Part shown: positions 58,999-64,000 of the stretch, in pieces
Layout: every line of letters starts with the position of its first letter
How positions within the stretch are numbered: the stretch's first letter is position 1
Assembly (NCBI GenBank): GCA_004211885.1
Contig: SHBV01000005.1
Span: forward strand, 11,391-75,390
Length of the DNA stretch: 64,000 bases
Reading direction: 5' to 3'
DNA from: Verrucomicrobiaceae bacterium
GTDB lineage: Bacteria > Verrucomicrobiota > Verrucomicrobiia > Verrucomicrobiales > DEV007
Notes under the pieces: generated by a model
Seen by the model: only the letters and a program-made list of their open reading frames with translations
Database searches by the model: none
Told to the model about the DNA's origin: nothing
Program-made: the position numbers and the translations under genes

Positions 58999-60528
58999 TT
59001 ATTTTTCTATTCTGATGATTCGATTGGCTCTATGAAGCCTTCCGTAATGATCAGTCGCTTCAACCTCTATTAAATGTGAACCGATTTCAAGGCCAGAAGG
59101 TATTTGGATTTTCCATAAGTGGTCTGAGGGGCTCGGTGGATTGAGTGAAGTCTTTCCGGTCTTACTATTAGCGGCTTCACGTTCACGCAATTCGACGTAA
59201 TAAGGATCATTTTCCACTGTCTTCTTTAGGGGAATCCAATCTGCTCCTTTGCCTATCCGCATTTTCACTTTGGATTTCACTGATCCGTTAAATACATTCA
59301 CATAGATAATTTTTTTATTTTCATTCTGAGGATCGATATGGTCTGGGGCATGGATACTCATTTGATAAGAGGCTGGCTGACGCGCGGCTTTAAAGTCCAG
59401 AGTGTGTTTCGCACCGTCAAAAGTAATGATTGAGTAGCCGTTTGGTGCACCGTCACGCATAGTGGCGTGTGGAATTGCGACCTCATCTTTATTGCCTTTC
59501 CACCAGGTCCCGGACACACAAACATTAATGATGTGGTGATGTGGCTCTTTGCCTTTCCATCCGTCCTTTTCGTCTATGAGCTTGTGAGCGTGCCAGTGCG
59601 TGTGTCCAGAAATTGACATAGTGTACCGTCGTTTCTCGATGAGTCTGTACAGTTCTTGCCGGTTCCCTACGTTTGTGAGGGGTATGTGCATCATCAGGAC
59701 GATGAGTTTTTCCTCAGGAACCAGGGCAAGGTCGTTTTTAACAAAGGTGAGTTGATCCTCATTAAGACCACCCTTGTAGTTTCTGCCTGACCATTCCACG
59801 TCATCGAGAACGATGAAGTGGACCGGACCATGATCAAAGCTGTAATAGTTTGGTCCAAAGAAACGATGAAAGGTCGCATTGGAACCGGCATCATCCGGAG
59901 AATCAAAGTTGATATCGTGGTTGCCCACCACGTTGTACCAGGGAATGCCTATGAGGGCCAGGTTAGCATTTGATGCAGGGAAAAGATCCAGGTTATCATT
60001 CATAATGTCACCCAGAGTCACTCCGAACTTTGCATCAGTTCCTATCAGCTCCGATATGATGTCATGAGCAATGTAATTAACTTGCTTGATCGTACTGGGT
60101 TGTGGGTCCCCGAAAAATATGGCCTTGAAGGTGTCAGGTTCTTTCTTTGGATTCAGGGCAAAATCGATCGACTCCGGCAAAGGACCTGTCGGTTCTAATC
60201 CTTTGTATTTTAGTTTTGGCGAGGATCCTTCAGGCTTATGAATATAATAGAATTGAGGTAAATTATGTTCATTGAGAGGGGTGCTCCAGTCGCGTGGCTT
60301 GATCACAAAAAAAATCGTATCGTCATCGTGAGGTAATTCCCATTTTCCCTCTGCGTTAGTTCTAGTAACTTCCTTTCCATTTGAGACGGCAATGTTTTTG
60401 ATGCCGGGTTCATCTTTGTCTCTCTGGTTATTTTGATTTTTATCATGAAAGACGGTTCCGCTAGCTGCTATTGCTCCAGAAACAGACATGATTGATATGA
60501 AAGAGGCTAGGAGGATTGATAGGTACAT
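58999..60528 (-). CDS. Secreted calcineurin-like metallophosphoesterase with N- and C-terminal accessory domains
   Basis: It has a signal peptide and the motifs GDPQ, GDIMND, GNHD, MHIP and GHTHWH. Confidence 0.8.
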   Translation of the reverse strand: MYLSILLASFISIMSVSGAIAASGTVFHDKNQNNQRDKDEPGIKNIAVSNGKEVTRTNAEGKWELPHDDDTIFFVIKPRDWSTPLNEHNLPQFYYIHKPEGSSPKLKYKGLEPTGPLPESIDFALNPKKEPDTFKAIFFGDPQPSTIKQVNYIAHDIISELIGTDAKFGVTLGDIMNDNLDLFPASNANLALIGIPWYNVVGNHDINFDSPDDAGSNATFHRFFGPNYYSFDHGPVHFIVLDDVEWSGRNYKGGLNEDQLTFVKNDLALVPEEKLIVLMMHIPLTNVGNRQELYRLIEKRRYTMSISGHTHWHAHKLIDEKDGWKGKEPHHHIINVCVSGTWWKGNKDEVAIPHATMRDGAPNGYSIITFDGAKHTLDFKAARQPASYQMSIHAPDHIDPQNENKKIIYVNVFNGSVKSKVKMRIGKGADWIPLKKTVENDPYYVELREREAANSKTGKTSLNPPSPSDHLWKIQIPSGLEIGSHLIEVEATDHYGRLHRANRIIRIEK

Positions 60529-60666
60529 TGGTTTTATCTTGCTTCGAGTAAATGATCTAAAAATTAGAGTATTATCACATTATAATGATGGAGTCTCTTG
60601 AAATTGGAAGCAGTAATTCCAATGTAAGCTTGTTCTTGAACCTAGACTACGTTAGAAAATTAAGTG

Positions 60667-61626
60667 ATGAAAATCCAGCCACTAAAACCGCAAACTATTT
60701 CTCGACGCAAACTCTTAGTCACAGGATCGGCAACTATTGCTTCTTCCTGTGCTTTATCTGCGGCAGAAGAAGATGAGAAGAAAACTTCCAAGACCGTTCG
60801 CCCTCCTGAAGGTAAGGGAATACTTCTTTCTGTTAAGCTGGGCATGATTGCTAAGAAAGTTGGTGGGAAGACTCTGAGCTTAACTGAGCGATTACAAATG
60901 GCTGGGGAAGCAGGACTTGATGGGGTAGATTTTGATGAGGCCGGGGCCCATACCGAGGAAGCGGCCAGGAAGGCAGTCGATGAATCTGGTGTCTTTGTTC
61001 ATAATGCAATTAATCATGCGCATTGGGGCAAGAGACTGACTAGCCCGAACGAGGCTGATCGTGATACATCTAGGAAGAACATAGAGCACTGCATTCGACT
61101 CTCGCACGCTGCCGGTGGCAATGGAGTCCTGATTGTGGTCGGAGGCGGCGGCGACGGTCCTGCCGATGTCATTGAGGAGCGGTGCCGTAATGAAATAAAG
61201 AAAATCATTCCTTTGGCCGCTTCTCTTGGTCAGCCGATTCTTTTTGAGAATGTTTGGAACCAGATGTTTTATGATCATAATAAGCCACCCGAGCAAAGCG
61301 CTGAGAGGCACGTGAAGTTCATTGATAGCTTTAAGAGTGTCTGGGTCGGTCAGTATTATGACATCGGTAACCATTGGAAGTACGGACAGCCTGGGGAATG
61401 GATCCGTGAATTTGGTCATAGGTGCGTTAAGCTGGACGTGAAGGGATTCAGCCGTGAAAATAATAAGTTTACTGAGATTGGTGAAGGAGATCTTCCGTGG
61501 GATGAGGTCAGAAAGGGTCTCAGTGACATTGGATTCACTGGTTGGGCAACGGCCGAGGTAGGGGGCGGAGGACCGGATCGCCTAAAGAAGGTTCGTGAGC
61601 AGATGCAGCGTGCCTTCGGATTGTAG
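60667..61626 (+). CDS. Tat-exported sugar-phosphate isomerase/epimerase (xylose-isomerase-like TIM barrel)
   Basis: The Tat-like signal is SRRKLLVTGSATIASSCALSAA. The TIM-barrel pattern includes FENVWN, DIGNH and GWATAEV. Confidence 0.7.
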   Translation: MKIQPLKPQTISRRKLLVTGSATIASSCALSAAEEDEKKTSKTVRPPEGKGILLSVKLGMIAKKVGGKTLSLTERLQMAGEAGLDGVDFDEAGAHTEEAARKAVDESGVFVHNAINHAHWGKRLTSPNEADRDTSRKNIEHCIRLSHAAGGNGVLIVVGGGGDGPADVIEERCRNEIKKIIPLAASLGQPILFENVWNQMFYDHNKPPEQSAERHVKFIDSFKSVWVGQYYDIGNHWKYGQPGEWIREFGHRCVKLDVKGFSRENNKFTEIGEGDLPWDEVRKGLSDIGFTGWATAEVGGGGPDRLKKVREQMQRAFGL

Positions 61627-61642
61627 TATTAGGATATTTTTA

Positions 61643-62698
61643 TCAGCTCACAATGATCTGCATTTCAGGATCTGGCTCTTTTGCGTAACCAACAATCGCA
61701 GAGTCAGTGATTCCCGTTGCTGTAAGTTTTTCTAGCGCTTCTGTGGCTTGCTCTGCAGGCAGCGCAACGAAGAGCCCGCCACTGGTCTGAGGATCAAAGA
61801 GGATTTCTCTCTTACTTTCTATTGCTGAGTTTTCGAATCGAATGTGCGGAATGGTTTTTTTGCGGTTATGCTTATTGACCCCAGTCGTTATTCCCTCTGC
61901 ATACATTTGATAGGCCTCTTCCATGACAGGCACTGAATTCAGATCCAAGTGTAGACTTGATTCTGATCCTTGTGCCATCTCTAGCCCATGACCAGCGAGT
62001 CCGAAACCTGTAATGTCTGTAGCTGCATGGATTTCAAAATTGGAAAATACTTCAGCAGCAGATTTGTTAAGGCTAATGACTGTATTGATGCAGGAATCAA
62101 AGGCCTCATCGGAGACTTTGCCCTTTAACCTAGCATTAAAAATGACACCCGTTCCAATAGGTTTTGTGAGAATCAGTGCGTCTCCAGGGCGTGCACCGAC
62201 GTTGCGCCAGATCTTTTGGGGATGCACAACCCCAGTAACAGATAATCCGAACTTAGGCTCAGAGTCTTCGACTGTGTGACCTCCTGCGAGGACGGCTCCT
62301 GATTCGGTAATTTTATCGAGTGCACCTTCAATAATTTTGTGGAGGTCCTCGGACGGTAATTGTCCGTCTGGGAAATTGACTAAGTTCAAACAAGTGATGG
62401 GGCGCCCTCCCATGGCATAAACGTCACTGATTGAATTCGCTGCAGCGATCTGACCATAAATGAAAGGATCATTGACGGGAGGGGTGATGTAATCTGCAGT
62501 GGTGACGATAGCGATCTCTTCGGTAAGCTTATAGACACCGGCATCATCGCTGGTATCAAAACCAACGAGAAGATTAGGATCTTCATTCTTTGGAAGACTG
62601 TCTAATAATTTTCCTAGCCCGACCGGGTCAATCTTTGCTGCTCAGCCGCAGGTCTTTGAAAGGCTTTGTAGAGTATTATGTTTTCTAAAAAATGGCAT
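61643..62698 (-). CDS. selD: Selenide, water dikinase (selenophosphate synthetase), selenocysteine-containing form
   Basis: The track ORF (61643..62413) lacks the SelD N-terminus. Extending the same frame upstream gives MPFFRKHNTLQSLSKTCG-TGA-AAKIDPVGLGKLLDSLP...TSDDAGVYKL...ANSISDVYAMGGRP. The TGA at 62642-62644 aligns with the catalytic Cys/Sec of the E. coli GAG-C-GCK motif (U-x-x-K is conserved). The total is 351 codons, the normal SelD length. Confidence 0.85.
62613..62632 (-). promoter_or_regulatory. SECIS-like hairpin for the selD UGA
   Basis: The mRNA reads UGA-GCAGCAAAGA-UUGACCC-GGUC-GGGCUAG. The GGUC loop falls at nt 21-24 counted from the U of UGA, compared with nt 22-25 in E. coli fdhF. 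Confidence 0.65.
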
Positions 62699-62874
62699 TT
62701 TCTATATAAATCTAATTACAATTAATAATACCATCACTATAAGGACTTCATAGAAATTTTTAAGATATCACCTCATTCAGCATGGTCTTTGAATTGACTA
62801 ATCACATTAAAATTTTTAAGATTTAATTTGAATTGAAACTAACTTGCGTTTTTTTTCGTAATAGACAGAGGCAA

Positions 62875-63222
62875 ATGGAGTTTAAAAAAATCACATCAAG
62901 AATTTCACTGATTTTGGTAATTGTTTTTTCATATACCATTTCGACATATTCGTATGAAGTTGATTGCCAATCATGTTGTTGCTGTGAGTTTGAACATTCT
63001 GTTAGTTGCGAATGCTTAACTGAAAATGACAATGATGAACAGTTCCCCATATATGCATTAGCCAGCAGCATAAAAAATATTTTAGATTACTCTAATTACT
63101 ATAGTCTTCCCAATCCCACTTTATTTCAGGTGGAACCTCTTTTAATTGGATCAGCTGGCAATAAATATTTTATACCATCCATCAAAAAGTACGCTTCTCG
63201 GAGTGTAGTTCTCTTGATTTAA
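62875..63222 (+). CDS. Small secreted Cys-rich protein (C-x2-CCCC-x8-C-x-C)
   Basis: ATG 62875 lies 4 nt after a GAGG Shine-Dalgarno sequence. The signal peptide is MEFKKITSRISLILVIVFSYTISTYS. The mature N-terminus is YEVDCQSCCCCEFEHSVSCECL, followed by a Tyr/Asn-rich tail. I recognised no family. Confidence 0.55.
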   Translation: MEFKKITSRISLILVIVFSYTISTYSYEVDCQSCCCCEFEHSVSCECLTENDNDEQFPIYALASSIKNILDYSNYYSLPNPTLFQVEPLLIGSAGNKYFIPSIKKYASRSVVLLI

Positions 63223-63336
63223 ATTAATTAGGTTTCTGATCTGGGCGACATCATTGCCCAAAATTTAAAAACTCTTCGTTTTTTATTACATTAATCTTGT
63301 GCCTAGGAACAGACAGGCACGCCTAAATTTATTATT

Positions 63337-64000
63337 ATGAACCACTTCAAATTATCTATTCTTATTTTTATTGTTTTCGAATTTTATACCTATCAATTCC
63401 TAAGTGCGGGATGACCTGCCTGAACTAATCCAGCAATTCCCCGGTCGGGGAATTCAGAAATTACCGCTATGGACCAGTCCATATTCTCATGGAAAGTGGG
63501 TACAGATTTTTCTATTAGTAATGGTATTTTTGGCAGTCACTTATCAAATAATGGCTTAACGAGTTCATTTGAAAATGTCGAAGTTCCAACTCATCGACAT
63601 GATGTCGAAATGGATTTAAGAAGAGCAAGCCTTTCAATTATGAAATCAATTAATGAGGAGTGGGATGCTGCTTTGATGATTCCCTATTTTTGGAAATCTC
63701 AGAAAGCGTCGGTATCTTTTCTTGAGCCTGCAGATCCTTTACAATTAGAGTATGCAGAAAGGAGCGGGTACATTCATCATCGTACAGAAAATTACAATGG
63801 GTTTGGAGATATGGAATTGATGGTAGGCTTCAAGAAACGAGACTTTTTCAAAGATGGATCGGTTTTGAGGTTGGGTATGGGATTGGCTCTACCTTCTGGA
63901 AGGACTGAAAGTGATCCGTGGATATTAGGAGATTACGGAAGAAAGCATCTACATATTCAGTTTGGCAATGGAACTGTAGATCCATTATTAAATCTTTATT
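63337..64000 (+). CDS. Partial CDS: candidate exported selenoprotein with U-P-A-U motif (two in-frame TGA), His-rich beta-type body; runs off window
   Basis: ATG 63337 opens a frame encoding MNHFKLSILIFIVFEFYTYQFLSAG, which looks like a signal peptide. Then come TGA (63412-14), CCT, GCC and TGA (63421-23). The same frame then stays open for ~192 more codons to nt 64000. A SECIS-like hairpin follows the second TGA. Confidence 0.55.
63435..63454 (+). promoter_or_regulatory. SECIS-like hairpin (perfect 8-bp stem, GGUC loop)
   Basis: The hairpin AATTCCCC-GGTC-GGGGAATT starts 11 nt after the second TGA. The loop falls at nt 23-26 from that UGA. No T-run follows, so it is not a terminator. It shares the 10-mer CCCGGTCGGG with the selD element. 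Confidence 0.6.

Noticed and set aside
62386-62586. The track lists a 66-aa minus-strand ORF upstream of the truncated selD.
   Set aside because: It is in a different frame from selD and overlaps the genuine SelD N-terminal coding region, which is read through the UGA. It is a shadow ORF.
63412-63423. I considered genome-wide UGA reassignment (code 4/25-like) as the explanation for the in-frame TGAs.
   Set aside because: Many well-defined genes in the window terminate at TGA at the expected protein length, for example 6473..7483, 17475..23051 and 40058..40798. The in-frame TGAs are each followed by the same hairpin, which fits Sec recoding instead.

Overview
This is a 64-kb, AT-leaning chromosomal window that is densely coding and uses the standard bacterial code, since many genes end in TGA. 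The gene content points to a marine PVC-superphylum bacterium (Verrucomicrobiota/Planctomycetota-like). That placement is an inference from a PSCyt/DUF1549/DUF1553 + DUF1501 gene pair, an arylsulfatase, three CRTAC1-like FG-GAP/ASPIC proteins and a giant LTD-CotH protein. Housekeeping genes recognised from the translations are tkt, hisG, tatC, argH, fur, secG, cysH-cysD-cysN, efp, kpsF, rpsB-tsf, lpxK, rph, cysQ and selD. The accessory part (0.3-27 kb) encodes exported Ca-binding repeat proteins. These include two adjacent giant proteins that share an unassigned ~190-aa domain in three copies, and a LemA protein fused to two GIDE-like modules. Three things are missed by the ORF track. (1) selD is a selenoprotein gene: an in-frame TGA at 62642-62644 is followed by a SECIS-like hairpin, and the true gene spans 61643..62698. 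(2) About 640 bp from the selD start, on the opposite strand, an open frame running off the window end has a signal peptide followed by TGA-CCT-GCC-TGA (U-P-A-U). A perfect GGUC-loop hairpin follows at canonical SECIS spacing, making this a candidate double-selenocysteine exported protein, and a small CCCC-rich secreted protein is encoded just upstream. I rate this locus the most interesting in the window. (3) A ~106-nt rod-like hairpin in the convergent gap 32416-32608 carries the SRP-RNA domain IV signature (candidate ffs), and a 34-codon bS22-like basic peptide gene lies at 27962..28066. I saw no tRNA, rRNA, CRISPR array, transposase or integrase. All family assignments come from reading the translations and motifs by eye; no searches were run.
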